Shown here: piece by piece, positions 11,768 through 21,420 of the stretch
Numbering within the stretch: position 1 is the stretch's first letter
Layout: the number at the start of each line of letters is the position of its first letter
NCBI GenBank assembly: GCA_963559065.1
Contig: CAUWIY010000001.1
Coordinates: forward strand, 5,211 to 69,210
Direction: 5' to 3'
DNA from: an uncultured Clostridia bacterium
GTDB lineage: Bacteria; Bacillota; Clostridia; TANB77; CAG-508
Length of the DNA: 64,000 nucleotides
Notes under the pieces: generated by a model
Database searches by the model: none
Told to the model about the DNA's origin: nothing
Seen by the model: the letters and a program-made list of their open reading frames with translations, nothing else
Position numbers and translations under genes: made by a program

Positions 11768-12023
11768 TTATTCAACTCTTCTTTGACTTCTTTCATTATT
11801 TGATGAAGTATTACATAACTTTTCGTATTCTTTACACTTAATTTTGTAATCCATTTGCATACATAAATATCTATAATAACAATAAGCTTGCTCATATTGA
11901 GCCATAGGGTTGAACATAGGATCTCGATAAATATCATTCATATCAGATGTATTATTTGCACCGCATTTGTTGAAACATAGAGTAATCCATAAAAGGTGGC
12001 ATGTTATTAAAATCTTTATCCAT
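11768..12023 (-). CDS. Small Met/Tyr/Cys-rich hypothetical protein; a continuous reading needs a +1 shift at CGG (11963-11961)
   Basis: The ATG at 12023 lies 8 nt after GGAG and gives MDKDFNNMPPFMDYSMFQQM, then CGG TGC AAA TAA. The long downstream ORF (GANNTSDMNDIYRDPMFNPMAQYEQAYCYY...) is in the +1 frame starting at GGT. The track's TTG start gives an implausible hydrophobic N-terminus. Confidence 0.4.
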
Positions 12024-12094
12024 AAAATCATCTCCAATCATTATTAATAAAAATATATTAAATATATAGCTAATTTATTCATTTTAAATAATTT

Positions 12095-13153
12095 TTACAA
12101 ATTAAAATTAAAAAAAGGAAAAACATTAATTATAATGAATGTGTAAAACGCGGCAAAAATTCCCTGCAAGATTTTACCATAAAAATAAGGTCTAATAGAC
12201 AAATCGGATTTTGATGTGATACTCCAAACTTGTAGTAAAACAGAAATACCACCAAATCCTAATAAAAAAGCAGTAATAATAATATTTATAGAAATTTGTT
12301 TAATATGAATATTAGAAATATAATTAATACCATTAGTAATTTCTAATAAACCTGTAAAAATTCCAGAAATAAAAGACGTATCTATATTCAAAGTTTTAAA
12401 AATAGGTGTAAAAATTAGGACAATACTATTTAAAATACCACTTGCCTTTAAAATAGATATAATGCTCGAAAAAATTACTACAAATCCACCAATCATTAAT
12501 ATAGTGGAAATACTACTAGTTATGCTTTTCCCTAAAACCTCTCCTAAATTATGAAAAGATACATTTTTGTTTGTGGTAAATTGAGAGGTGGCATGGAGAG
12601 ATGATGGTAGTGTAGTATTTTTTGACTTCCAAAATCTAAAAATAACTCCAACTGTAATACATGCTAGTATATGCGTAATTAAAAGGAGTAATCCTATGGT
12701 AGAATTTCCGAACATACTAATTCCAATAGAACCTACTATAAATAAAGGACCAGAGTTATTAGTAAAACTTAAAAGACGTTCACATTCTTCTTTAGAACAG
12801 ATATTATTTTGTCTAAAATTACAGGCAATTTTTGCACCTATTGGATAACCACTAATTAACCCCATTAAAAAACAAAATGAACCTTCTCCTCTAATATTAA
12901 ATAAAGGTTTCATTATTTTGTTTAAAAATCTGCCTAAAATATAAACAAAATTTGTATTCATTAGCAATTCAGTTGCAACGAAAAAAGGAAAAAGGGAAGG
13001 TACAACAGAATTTGCCCAAAGTGATAACCCCCTTTTTACAGCAGGAAGATTTGAACTAGAAAATAATAGTAAGCTAGCACAAAATGCTAAAAAAAGCATA
13101 GCTAATAAATTTTGTTTTATTTTAATTATATAAAAATGACATTTTGAAAACAT
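12095..13153 (-). CDS. Polytopic membrane protein, sporulation integral membrane protein YlbJ-like (nucleoside-recognition-domain type)
   Basis: About 10 predicted TM segments. The GLISGYPIGAKI motif resembles YlbJ/SpoVB-neighbourhood permease-like proteins. Confidence 0.55.
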   Translation of the reverse strand: MFSKCHFYIIKIKQNLLAMLFLAFCASLLLFSSSNLPAVKRGLSLWANSVVPSLFPFFVATELLMNTNFVYILGRFLNKIMKPLFNIRGEGSFCFLMGLISGYPIGAKIACNFRQNNICSKEECERLLSFTNNSGPLFIVGSIGISMFGNSTIGLLLLITHILACITVGVIFRFWKSKNTTLPSSLHATSQFTTNKNVSFHNLGEVLGKSITSSISTILMIGGFVVIFSSIISILKASGILNSIVLIFTPIFKTLNIDTSFISGIFTGLLEITNGINYISNIHIKQISINIIITAFLLGFGGISVLLQVWSITSKSDLSIRPYFYGKILQGIFAAFYTFIIINVFPFFNFNL

Positions 13154-13291
13154 ATCATCACCATATTAAAATATATGTACAAAATATAAAAGTATGAATA
13201 TACTAAATTTAATTTTAAATGTGTAAACATAAAGTAACTAAAAAATATTCTGAGAATAAAATATACAAAATAATTAAGGAGGATATTTTAT

Positions 13292-14542
13292 ATGAAAAAG
13301 AAAATATTAAAAACTTTAGGAATATGTATAGTTTTCATGTTTACTTTTTTAAATTCGATATATGCGTTATCTCCGCAAAGTGAATTTAATTATCGAGGGA
13401 TAGATGTGAGTAATTGGCAGAGATACATAGACTATAGTCAAGTTAAAAATGCAGGAATAGAAATTGTATATATAAAAGCAAGTCAAGGAAGTAATATTAA
13501 AGACGCCTATTTTGAAGTAAATTATCGAAATGCTAAAGCTAATGGATTAAAAGTTGGATTTTATCATTATTTAGTAGCTACAACAGTTGAAGAGGCTGAA
13601 AAAGAAGCGAGATTTTTTGCATCAGTTATATCAGGAAAACAAGTAGACTGTAAACTTGCTTTAGATTATGAACAATTTGGAGGAGTTCCTAGAGAATCAA
13701 TTAATCAAATTGCAATGGCTTTTATAAGAAAAGTTGAAGAATTAACAAAAAAACAAGTTATAGTATATAGCGATTTATACAATGCCCAAAATACTTTTAA
13801 TCAAGAAATATCAAATAAATCAGAATTATGGCTTGCATATTATGGAGATTATAAAAACTTAAAAAATACAAATTCAAGTTGGAATTCTTTTATAGGCACA
13901 CAATACACAAGTACTGGAAGAGTTCCTGGTATATCAGGAAATGTAGATATGGATTTGTTTTCTAAAGATATTTTTTTATCTGATAACACAGAAATACCAC
14001 ATACAGATAATGGAGGAAATGGAACTGATTCTAATTATACAAAGGTAATAGAATATGTAGTACAAAGAGGAGATACTTTATGGGATATTGCAAGAAAATA
14101 TGGAACAACAATAGAAGAAATAGTAAGTATAAATAAATTGAAAAATAGGAACTTAATATATATAGGACAAAAATTAGAAATTGTTACAAACACTAGTGTT
14201 GAAGGAAATGTAGAACATTCTACAGGGAAAATGTATTATACAATCAAAAGGGGAGATACATTGTGGAATATAGCAAGAACTTATGGAACAACAATACAGA
14301 ATATAGTAAACTTAAATAATATAAAAAATCCAAACTTAATATATCCGGGACAAAGAATAATGGTAAAATCATCAAACCAAAATGTTGTAGAAAATAAAGA
14401 ACAATATTATACAGTACAAAGAGGAGATACATTGTGGAGTATAGCAAGACGATATGGAACATGTGTAAGAAGATTAGCAAGAATAAATGGAATAAGAAAT
14501 CCAAATTTAATATATCCAGGTCAAGTTTTAAAAATAATATAA
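13292..14542 (+). CDS. Secreted GH25 muramidase (lysozyme) with three C-terminal LysM repeats
   Basis: Signal peptide. GIDVSNWQ...[10 protein letters not shown]25 motifs. Three copies of the YxVxRGDTLWxIARxYGT...NLIYxGQ LysM repeat. Confidence 0.85.
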   Translation: MKKKILKTLGICIVFMFTFLNSIYALSPQSEFNYRGIDVSNWQRYIDYSQVKNAGIEIVYIKASQGSNIKDAYFEVNYRNAKANGLKVGFYHYLVATTVEEAEKEARFFASVISGKQVDCKLALDYEQFGGVPRESINQIAMAFIRKVEELTKKQVIVYSDLYNAQNTFNQEISNKSELWLAYYGDYKNLKNTNSSWNSFIGTQYTSTGRVPGISGNVDMDLFSKDIFLSDNTEIPHTDNGGNGTDSNYTKVIEYVVQRGDTLWDIARKYGTTIEEIVSINKLKNRNLIYIGQKLEIVTNTSVEGNVEHSTGKMYYTIKRGDTLWNIARTYGTTIQNIVNLNNIKNPNLIYPGQRIMVKSSNQNVVENKEQYYTVQRGDTLWSIARRYGTCVRRLARINGIRNPNLIYPGQVLKII

Positions 14543-14742
14543 AAAAGATATTTAAATAGAATATGAAAAAGAATAGAAAAATAATAGCTATAAATATAGG
14601 AAATTGTAAAATAACATAAAAAATTATTAAAAGTGAATAAAAATTAATAAAAAAGCACAAGCTTACTATAGATTTTGTAATATATTTTTATATAAATTAT
14701 TTATTAAAAAATTATTTAGAAATAGAAAGGCTGGTGCTTTTT

Positions 14743-14931
14743 ATGGATAATAAAGATTTAGGAAAAAATATTAGAGAACAATCTGAAGAAGTGGGAGAAG
14801 ATGCTACTAAATATGGTGAATTTGTTTCATCTTATTTTGCATGGATTCCATTAAATAAACAAAAAGAGAAGGCAGAAGAACTCCAAAATATAACTAAAAA
14901 TAAAAGAAATGATAATGTGAATAATAATTAA
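14743..14931 (+). CDS. Small charged hypothetical protein
   Basis: ORF with a weak AAAGG RBS. No recognisable motif. Confidence 0.3.
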   Translation: MDNKDLGKNIREQSEEVGEDATKYGEFVSSYFAWIPLNKQKEKAEELQNITKNKRNDNVNNN

Positions 14932-15033
14932 ATACAGATAAAAAAAATATTAAATATAAAATAAACATAAAAAGTAGAAAAAAATAGAAAGAGTGAGAAA
15001 AAAAGAGATTAAACAATAAAATGTAAAAATAAA

Positions 15034-15125
15034 AGTCAATAAAGGTCAGAAAAAGTCAAAAAAGAATATTGAAAAATTAATAAAAAAGGATATAATATAT
15101 ATTGTAAGTCAAAGAAAGTCAAAGA
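15034..15125 (+). promoter_or_regulatory. ctsR operon promoter flanked by CtsR operators (GTCAAA heptad direct repeats)
   Basis: AGTCAATAAAGGTCAGAAAAAGTCAAA at 15034-15060. -35 TTGAAA at 15069-15074 and -10 TATAAT at 15091-15096, with a 16 nt spacer. AGTCAAAGAAAGTCAAAGA at 15107-15125 matches the CtsR box (A/G)GTCAAAnAn(A/G)GTCAAA. Confidence 0.75.
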
Positions 15126-15229
15126 CAAAAAAGAACTAAAAACATTGGACTTGTAAAATAAAAATATTTAATAATGTATTGTAAATTAATCGCACAATAT
15201 GACAGAAAATTTAAAAGGAGGCTGATAAA

Positions 15230-15679
15230 ATGAGAATGTCAGATGTAATAGAAGATTTTATAAAGGAATTGTTTGATGAAGATGAAAATGATTTTGTAGA
15301 AATACAAAGAAATGAATTAGCACAACATTTTAATTGTGTTCCATCACAAATAAATTATGTAATATCAACAAGATTTAAGCCATCACAAGGGTATTATGTT
15401 GAAAGTAAAAGAGGCGGTGGAGGAAATATTAAGATAAAAAAAATAACTAATACAAAATCAGACTATATAATTCATATAATAAATAATATAGGAAAAAGTA
15501 TAACAACAAATGACATAGACATTTTGTTAAGTGATTTTTTAACATATAATATAATAACTTCGCAAGAAGCTAAACTTTTAAAAGTGGCAACAAGTGATAA
15601 TGTTTTAAAACTGGATAAAGATATTAAAGATGAAGTTAGAGCAAGGATATTTAAAAATATGTTATTAAATATAGAATAA
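15230..15679 (+). CDS. ctsR: Class III stress-gene repressor CtsR
   Basis: MRMSDVIEDFIKELF..., the ESKRGGGGNI glycine loop, and its position ahead of mcsA-mcsB-clpC. Confidence 0.9.
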   Translation: MRMSDVIEDFIKELFDEDENDFVEIQRNELAQHFNCVPSQINYVISTRFKPSQGYYVESKRGGGGNIKIKKITNTKSDYIIHIINNIGKSITTNDIDILLSDFLTYNIITSQEAKLLKVATSDNVLKLDKDIKDEVRARIFKNMLLNIE

Positions 15680-15753
15680 ACAATTTTATTATTATACTAG
15701 AAAAACAAGTGAAAAAAATATAAAGAATAAATAAGTTTAAAGGAGTGATTAAT

Positions 15754-16311
15754 ATGTTATGTGAAAATTGTAAAAAAAGAGAAGCAAATGTTAGATATTC
15801 AGAAAATATTAATGGAGTAAAAAAAGAAATGCACTTATGTGAAGAATGCAGTAGAAAATTAGGAATTACAAGCCAAATGGATTTCAAAATGCCATCATTA
15901 GATATACCAAGTTTCTTTGGTAGTTTCCTAGAAGATTTTAGTACATCTGAATTTATGCCATTATTAAATGAAGTAAAGCAATTGACTTGTGATAGTTGTG
16001 GTTCAACTTTTGATGATATTATAAATACTGGAAAGTATGGATGTGCAAATTGTTATGATGTATTTGAGGACAGAATGGATCCAATTTTAAAGAAATTACA
16101 AGGAGCAAATAGACATAGTGGCAGATTGGGAAAGACATCAAATAATAAAGTGAAATTTGAAAGTAAAAATGGAAAAACTACTCAAAAAAATGAAAATTCA
16201 GAAGAAAATAAATTATCAAAATTACAAGATGATTTAAAACAAGCTATTAAGGAAGAAAGATATGAAGATGCTGCAAAGATAAGAGACGAAATTAAGAAAA
16301 TGTCTAAATAA
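15754..16311 (+). CDS. mcsA: Protein-arginine kinase activator McsA (zinc-finger + UVR motif)
   Basis: CENCKK...CEEC and CDSCG...CANC zinc fingers. C-terminal UVR motif (EERYEDAAKIRDEI). Confidence 0.85.
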   Translation: MLCENCKKREANVRYSENINGVKKEMHLCEECSRKLGITSQMDFKMPSLDIPSFFGSFLEDFSTSEFMPLLNEVKQLTCDSCGSTFDDIINTGKYGCANCYDVFEDRMDPILKKLQGANRHSGRLGKTSNNKVKFESKNGKTTQKNENSEENKLSKLQDDLKQAIKEERYEDAAKIRDEIKKMSK

Positions 16312-16355
16312 AGAATAAATATATGAATGAAAAATATAATAGAAAGGTGATATAA

Positions 16356-17369
16356 ATGAATTGGTATCTACAAAGTGGAAATGAATCAGATGTAGTAGCA
16401 AGTACAAGAATTAGATTTGCAAGAAATTTACCAGAATTTAAGTTTAATTTAAAGGAAAAAGATGATATAGAAAGACTAAAAAATAAAATAAAAGAAAATG
16501 TTTATTTAATTGGGTATGGTTTGAGATATTTAGAACTTAAAGATATGGATGATATAACAAAAATGAGCTTAGTCGAAAAGAACTTAATAAGTCCAGAGTA
16601 TGCTGTTTATAATGAAAATGGTGCAATTCTAATAAATGATGAAGAAAATATTTGTATAATGATAAATGATGAAGATCATCTTAAAATACAAGTGTTTAGT
16701 AGTGGATTTGAACTGGAAAATGCTTTAAATTTTGCAATAGAATTGGACAAAAAAATTGAAGATGTTTTAGGTTATGCTACTAGTAAAAAATATGGATATT
16801 TAACAAGTTTACCAACAAATTGTGGAACTGGATTAAAAGCTTCTGTAATGCTTCATCTACCAGCACTTGCAATTACAAAAAATATAAATCAAGTATTTTA
16901 TACAATAAATAATTTTGGAGTAAATATAGTAGGGGCATATGGAGAAAATAGCAAAGAATTAGGCGATGTTTACCAAATTTCTAATAAGAGAACTTTAGGC
17001 GTAACAGAAAAAGAAATTATTGAAAATCTAAAAATAGTTACAGAAAAAATAATTGAACAAGAAAGAAAAGCAAGAAAATTCTTAGCAAAAGATACAATTG
17101 ACCTAGAAGATACAATATATAGAAGTTATGGATTATTAAAATATTGTAAAAAAATATCATTAGAAGAAGCACAAAAGTTAATATCAAATGTAAAAATGGG
17201 AACTGACTTAGGAATCTTAAAAGAATTAACAGACAGTCAAGTACAAAAATTAATTTTGTACACAAAACCTGCAAATATGCAAAAATATTTAGGAGAACAA
17301 TATGAAACATTGGAAAGAGATATAAAAAGAGCAGAAGTTGTTAAAATGATAATGTGTAAAAATAATTAA
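16356..17369 (+). CDS. mcsB: Protein arginine kinase McsB
   Basis: Phosphagen-kinase-like core (NEEDHLKIQ, CGTGLKAS) in the operon context. Confidence 0.9.
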   Translation: MNWYLQSGNESDVVASTRIRFARNLPEFKFNLKEKDDIERLKNKIKENVYLIGYGLRYLELKDMDDITKMSLVEKNLISPEYAVYNENGAILINDEENICIMINDEDHLKIQVFSSGFELENALNFAIELDKKIEDVLGYATSKKYGYLTSLPTNCGTGLKASVMLHLPALAITKNINQVFYTINNFGVNIVGAYGENSKELGDVYQISNKRTLGVTEKEIIENLKIVTEKIIEQERKARKFLAKDTIDLEDTIYRSYGLLKYCKKISLEEAQKLISNVKMGTDLGILKELTDSQVQKLILYTKPANMQKYLGEQYETLERDIKRAEVVKMIMCKNN

Positions 17370-17420
17370 TAAAATTAAGTATATTTATATAAAAATTAAA
17401 TAAAAAGGAGGAGTGAAGAG

Positions 17421-19931
17421 ATGACTTATAAATTTACTAATAGAGCAAATAAGACAATTGAAATTGCAAATGATATAGCTTTAGACTTAGGACATAGTTA
17501 TATAGGAACAGAACATATTTTATATGGTTTAGCAAAAGAAGGAAATGGAGTAGCTTCAAGAGTATTAGAAAATGCACAAGTAACAGCAGAAAATATTTTA
17601 AATAAAATAGAAGAGTTAATTGGAAGAGATGAACCGGTCGAAAATATAATTGATTTTACACCAAGAACTAAAAGAGTTGTAGAATCTGCATTTATTGAAG
17701 CTAGGAAATTAGGATATAATTATATAGGAACAGAACATATTTTAATCGGAATATTAAAAGAGGGCGATTGTATAGCTGTTAAAATATTATTAGATTTAAA
17801 TGTAAATATTCCAAAACTTTATAATGAAATAATTAAGGTTATAAATGAAGGTGAAGAATATAATTCTGATGGAATAGAAAATACTAATACTACTTCAAAA
17901 AGAGTAAAAGCAAAAGGAAGTTATAATCAAACACCAATATTAAATCAATTTGGAGAAGATTTGACTAAAAAAGCAGAAGAAGGAAAACTTGACCCAATTA
18001 TAGGTAGAAAAGAGGAAATAGAAAGAGTTATACAGATTTTATCAAGAAGAACCAAAAATAATCCTTGTTTAATTGGAGAACCTGGCGTTGGAAAGACTGC
18101 GGCGGTGGAAGGACTAGCACAAAAAATAGTAACTGGAGATGTTCCGGAAATTTTAAAAAACAAAAGGGTTGTAACACTTGATATTTCTGGAATGGTGGCA
18201 GGTGCAAAATATAGAGGAGATTTTGAGGAAAGAATAAAAAAAGCTCTTGATGAAGTAAAAAAGGCAGGAGATATAATTTTATTTATAGATGAAATTCATA
18301 CAATTGTTGGAGCAGGAGCTGCAGAAGGGGCAATAGATGCTGCTAATATTTTAAAACCTTTACTTGCAAGAGGAGAAATTCAATTAGTTGGTGCAACAAC
18401 ATTAAATGAATATAGAAAATTTATAGAAAAAGATGCAGCGCTAGAAAGAAGATTTAGTCCTGTTACTGTAAATGAACCATCTGAGAAAGATACAATTCAA
18501 ATTTTAAAAGGAATTAGGGACAAGTATGAGGCACATCATAATGTAAAAATAACAGATGAGGCAATAGATGCTGCTGTAAAGTTGTCTATTAGATATGTTA
18601 GTGATAGATTTTTGCCAGATAAGGCTATAGATTTAATTGACGAAGCGGCTTCAAGAGCTAGATTAAAGACATTTACAGAACCAGATAATTTAAAAAAATT
18701 ACAGGAAGAAATTGAGACAGTAAAAAACGAAAAAGAAGAGTTTGTATTAAATCAAAAATTTGAAAAGGCAGCTGAGTTAAGAGATAAAGAAAAAGAACTT
18801 AGAGAAAAGTTTGAAAAAGAGCAAAGCAAGTGGAAAAATAAGAACACAAAATCAATTGTTAATATAACAGAAGAAAATATAGCAGAGGTTATAGCAAGTT
18901 GGACAGGTATTCCAGCAAAAAAAATAACTGAGGACGAAAATCAAAAGTTAAAACATTTAGAAGAAGAACTCCATAAAAGAGTGGTTGGTCAAAATGAAGC
19001 GGTTGAAGCTGTGGCAAAAGCGATAAGAAGAGGAAGAGTAGGACTAAAAGACCCCAAAAGACCAATAGGTTCATTCTTATTTTTAGGGCCAACAGGAGTT
19101 GGTAAAACAGAATTATCAAAAGCTTTAGCAGAAGTATTATTTGGTGATGAAAATTCTATGATAAGAGTAGATATGTCAGAATTTATGGAACCACATTCAG
19201 TTTCTAAATTAATAGGAGCACCTCCAGGATATGTAGGATTTGATGAAGGAGGACAGTTAACAGAAAAGATAAGAAGAAAACCTTATTCAGTAATATTATT
19301 TGATGAAATAGAAAAAGCACATCCAGATGTAATGAATATGTTACTTCAAATTTTGGAAGATGGAAGACTGACAGATAGTCAAGGAAGGACAGTTAACTTT
19401 AAGAATACAGTTATAATTATGACATCAAATTTAGGGGCAAGATTAATTACAGATAGAAAACAATTAGGCTTTACAAGTAAAAATATAAAGACAAGTGAAA
19501 ATGCAAATAATGATAAAGAATTAGAGCTAAAGGAAAGAAAAGAAAGAGCAACTAAAGAATATGAAGAAATTAAAAAAGAAGTTATGGCAGAATTGAAAAA
19601 AGAGTTACGACCTGAGTTTATAAACCGTATTGATGAAATAATTGTATTCCATAAATTAAATGATGATGAGATTAATCAAATAATAGATATAATGCTTAAA
19701 GAAGTTATAAATAGATTGAAAGAACAAAAATATGAAATAGAATTAGAACCAGAAGTTAAAGAATTGATAGCAAAAGAGGGAATGGACAAAAATTTTGGTG
19801 CTAGACCATTAAGAAGAACAATACAAAATTTAATTGAAGATAAATTGGCAGAAGAAATACTAGATGGAAATTTACAAAAAGGAAAAATTACTAAATTTAC
19901 AGTAAAAGAAGGGAGAATGAAACAAGTTTAA
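17421..19931 (+). CDS. clpC: ATP-dependent Clp protease ATP-binding subunit ClpC
   Basis: Clp N repeats, two AAA+ modules (GEPGVGKT, GPTGVGKT) and a UVR linker. Confidence 0.95.
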   Translation: MTYKFTNRANKTIEIANDIALDLGHSYIGTEHILYGLAKEGNGVASRVLENAQVTAENILNKIEELIGRDEPVENIIDFTPRTKRVVESAFIEARKLGYNYIGTEHILIGILKEGDCIAVKILLDLNVNIPKLYNEIIKVINEGEEYNSDGIENTNTTSKRVKAKGSYNQTPILNQFGEDLTKKAEEGKLDPIIGRKEEIERVIQILSRRTKNNPCLIGEPGVGKTAAVEGLAQKIVTGDVPEILKNKRVVTLDISGMVAGAKYRGDFEERIKKALDEVKKAGDIILFIDEIHTIVGAGAAEGAIDAANILKPLLARGEIQLVGATTLNEYRKFIEKDAALERRFSPVTVNEPSEKDTIQILKGIRDKYEAHHNVKITDEAIDAAVKLSIRYVSDRFLPDKAIDLIDEAASRARLKTFTEPDNLKKLQEEIETVKNEKEEFVLNQKFEKAAELRDKEKELREKFEKEQSKWKNKNTKSIVNITEENIAEVIASWTGIPAKKITEDENQKLKHLEEELHKRVVGQNEAVEAVAKAIRRGRVGLKDPKRPIGSFLFLGPTGVGKTELSKALAEVLFGDENSMIRVDMSEFMEPHSVSKLIGAPPGYVGFDEGGQLTEKIRRKPYSVILFDEIEKAHPDVMNMLLQILEDGRLTDSQGRTVNFKNTVIIMTSNLGARLITDRKQLGFTSKNIKTSENANNDKELELKERKERATKEYEEIKKEVMAELKKELRPEFINRIDEIIVFHKLNDDEINQIIDIMLKEVINRLKEQKYEIELEPEVKELIAKEGMDKNFGARPLRRTIQNLIEDKLAEEILDGNLQKGKITKFTVKEGRMKQV

Positions 19932-19972
19932 GGGCAACAGATTGTATCATTCATATAATAAAGGCAGTGGCT

Positions 19973-20006
19973 TTAAGAGAAAAATAAATATTTATTTTTC
20001 TCTTAA
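19973..20006 (+). terminator. Perfect palindromic hairpin after clpC
   Basis: ttaagagaaaaataaatatttatttttctcttaa. Confidence 0.6.
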
Positions 20007-20117
20007 AATAATTTTATTAAACTACTTAAATATGCTTAATATTGCGGGTTTTATCAGACGACTTTTTGTTATTAGATAGAAATTTCAAAAAAATTTGAAA
20101 TTTTTTTGAAAATGGTA

Positions 20118-20146
20118 TTGACATTTATTTTAAAATCTTGTATACT
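20118..20146 (+). promoter_or_regulatory. SigA-type promoter for the tRNA cluster
   Basis: TTGACA, a 17 nt spacer, then TATACT, about 20 nt upstream of tRNA-Val. Confidence 0.65.
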
Positions 20147-20165
20147 AGTCAATGTCGAAAGGACA

Positions 20166-20242
20166 TGGTCGTTTAGCTCAGCTGGGAGAGCATCTGCCTT
20201 ACAAGCAGGGGGTCATAGGTTCGAGCCCTATAACGACCACCA
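20166..20242 (+). tRNA. tRNA-Val (anticodon TAC)
   Basis: Manual cloverleaf. Acceptor GGTCGTT/AACGACC, anticodon loop CTTACAA, T-loop GGTTCGAGCC, encoded CCA. Confidence 0.9.
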
Positions 20243-20251
20243 TTCTTTTAC

Positions 20252-20328
20252 GGCCTGGTAGTTCAGTTGGTTAGAACGCTAGCCTGTCACGCTAGAGGTC
20301 GACGGTTCGAGCCCGTTCCAGGTCGCCA
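20252..20328 (+). tRNA. tRNA-Asp (anticodon GTC)
   Basis: Acceptor GGCCTGG/CCAGGTC, anticodon loop CTGTCAC, T-loop GGTTCGAGCC, CCA. Confidence 0.9.
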
Positions 20329-20342
20329 TTTTTTTATTATTT

Positions 20343-20418
20343 GGCTCGATAGCTCAGTTGGTAGAGCAGGGGACTGAAAATCCCCGTGTCAGTGGTTCGA
20401 TTCCACTTCGAGCCACCA
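20343..20418 (+). tRNA. tRNA-Phe (anticodon GAA)
   Basis: Acceptor GGCTCGA/TCGAGCC, anticodon loop CTGAAAA, T-loop GGTTCGATTCC, CCA. Confidence 0.9.
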
Positions 20419-20553
20419 ATAAAACAACGTATGAACTAAAAAGTTTATAGGTTGTTTTTTTATATATAAAACTTGATTTTATTTTAAAAATATACTATTA
20501 TATAGGAAGCCAACTGCATATATTAATAATATAATATATTGTAGGAGGCACAA

Positions 20554-21345
20554 ATGAAAAAAACAAATATTTATATAATATTCATATGTATGCTTATTGC
20601 AAATTTAATTTGCATAACATCAACAATAATAAATAATAAAAAAAGAGAAAAACAATTTGAAGAGAGTATATTAACATTTTCAGAAAAAAATGAAAAAACG
20701 ATATATTCAATTAATAAAATTTTGTTTTTCAGCAGTAGTAATGCAAAAAATAAGACAAGCACAGGGAGCAATTTTACAATAGAAAACTTATATACATATA
20801 CAGATATATCAATATTTATAAATACAAATCCAGAAGAACAAAATTTAGAAAATGGATTAAAAAATATAACAATAAAAAATATTACTTATAAAAAATTGCC
20901 AATAATAGGACAACCAAATTTATATTATAAATCTGTTAAAGATTTTACTAGTGGTGAAATAAAAGAAGAAAATAAAATAAAAAATGAACTTAAATTAGAA
21001 GTTGTATCAGAAAAAACAACAGATTTAGACAAACAATTATTATATAATAATGTTTATCCAATTACATTAAGCTATATAAATCAAAATATAAAAACAGATT
21101 ACACTATGCTAGATATATCAAATCCAATTACATATGATGGAACATTGTTAAAAAAATGTGAAATTCCATTAAATCTTATAACAACCCAAATAGCTTTTGA
21201 AATTGAAATAGAAAATATTAAAGGGCACAAATTTGAGACAACCATAAATTTTGATATTCCATATGAAAATGATGGAAAATCTATTTATGATGGCAATATA
21301 GTTGTAAAAAAAGAATTAAAAAACAATTTTTATAGGTATGAATAA
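20554..21345 (+). CDS. Membrane-anchored hypothetical protein
   Basis: RBS AGGAGG and an N-terminal TM anchor. No recognisable domain. Confidence 0.45.
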   Translation: MKKTNIYIIFICMLIANLICITSTIINNKKREKQFEESILTFSEKNEKTIYSINKILFFSSSNAKNKTSTGSNFTIENLYTYTDISIFINTNPEEQNLENGLKNITIKNITYKKLPIIGQPNLYYKSVKDFTSGEIKEENKIKNELKLEVVSEKTTDLDKQLLYNNVYPITLSYINQNIKTDYTMLDISNPITYDGTLLKKCEIPLNLITTQIAFEIEIENIKGHKFETTINFDIPYENDGKSIYDGNIVVKKELKNNFYRYE

Positions 21346-21420
21346 TATATAAATAGTTCAATTATATATTAAAATAAATTAAATAATTTTTATTAGAATA
21401 ATATGCAAGGAGATAAAAAT

